The translations under genes were made by a program, and so were the position numbers. From Octopus sinensis (lineage: Eukaryota), in contig NC_043013.1 in the NCBI RefSeq assembly GCF_006345805.1, forward strand, positions 9,424,001-9,488,000: DNA of 64,000 nucleotides, written 5' to 3'. Position 1 is the first letter of the stretch. The number at the start of each line of letters is the position of its first letter. This document shows, piece after piece, positions 63,011 through 64,000 of this stretch. The notes beneath the pieces were generated by a model. It was not told the DNA's origin and did not search any database. It saw nothing but the letters and a program-made list of their open reading frames with translations.

Positions 63011-63539
63011 GTTGAGTGACCTATTTGGTAGTGGTAGTGCTGATGGCGGTTGTGGTGATGATGTTCATGGGGCGGTGTTGATCATAGTTTGAAGGACCAG
63101 AAATTGATGAATAAAAAAAAGGAGGCAAAAAAAAAAACCAACACAAAACTAAACAAAAAAACAAAGAAACTAAACAAAACAAAAGTTCATACGACTAAAA
63201 TATATACTCTACATAATAATTTCGTATCGATATACTTCTTCAAGTATGGTCCTTCTTCCTAGGGTATGTGTGTATGGATGTATGTGTGTGCATGCGTGCG
63301 TATATATATATTTATATATATATATATATATATATGTATGTTGATATATATATATGTGTGTTGTGTGTGAATGTGTGTGTGCGCGGATATCTATGCAAGT
63401 ACATATATGTGCGCGTGTATTTTTGTATATAAGCGCATAACCTTGATATCACACTGATATCAGCAAACGAACAATATCTTAAATCTTCTTGATGGATGCT
63501 TACCTTCTTTGTTTTATTTGTTTACTATATACATACATA

Positions 63540-63589
63540 TTTTATGTATATGTATATGTATGTGTATATGTATATGTATATGATGTATG

Positions 63590-63670
<81 letters not shown>

Positions 63671-64000
63671 TTTGCTTTCACTTTACTACTTGTTCGATAT
63701 AGATCGATCAGTAAGGCGACATTACGTGTCCAGAAAAACGATACATAAAAATGTCTTATATTTATTCAATATCTCTTATTCCAGACCTTGTTATGGTGTA
63801 TATATATATATATATATATATATCGATGTAAAATATATAATGTATATATGTATATATGTATATGTATATATATATACATACACCACACAAACACACAGAT
63901 ATATATATATAATATATATATATATATTATATATATATGCATATATATATTATATATGTATATATATATGTGTGTGTGTGTATGTATGTATATATATATA
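63540..64000. repeat. (TATG)/(TA)n arrays
   Basis: Direct reading. Confidence 0.85.

Overview
AT-rich, repeat-saturated metazoan DNA with no intact host protein-coding gene. It reads as a large intron or intergenic region. The mix of microsatellites and tRNA-derived SINE families is most consistent with an octopus (coleoid cephalopod) genome; this is an inference from repeat style, not a database result. Nearly all long ORFs in the track are microsatellite translations. Real coding remnants are decayed transposable elements: mariner, two Tc1-type elements, a TIR-bounded DD37D element, a pogo/Tigger tail, three Penelope-like (PLE) fragments, three R4/Dong-type RLE LINE fragments, a ~3.8 kb CR1-group LINE and RTE tails. 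Two non-autonomous Helitrons, MITEs and many SINEs are also present; the SINEs are labelled A, B and C here for convenience. The main unexpected signal is a set of short inverted-repeat (foldback) elements, most of them next to (TA)n tracts, that carry type I hammerhead ribozyme (HHR) cores. One 885-bp element has ~99% identical 287-bp arms, each with a complete HHR. HHRs in PLE terminal repeats are known in general; the RT-less, palindromic, multi-copy arrangement here merits follow-up. All alignments and folds were done by eye, so coordinates of decayed elements are approximate.
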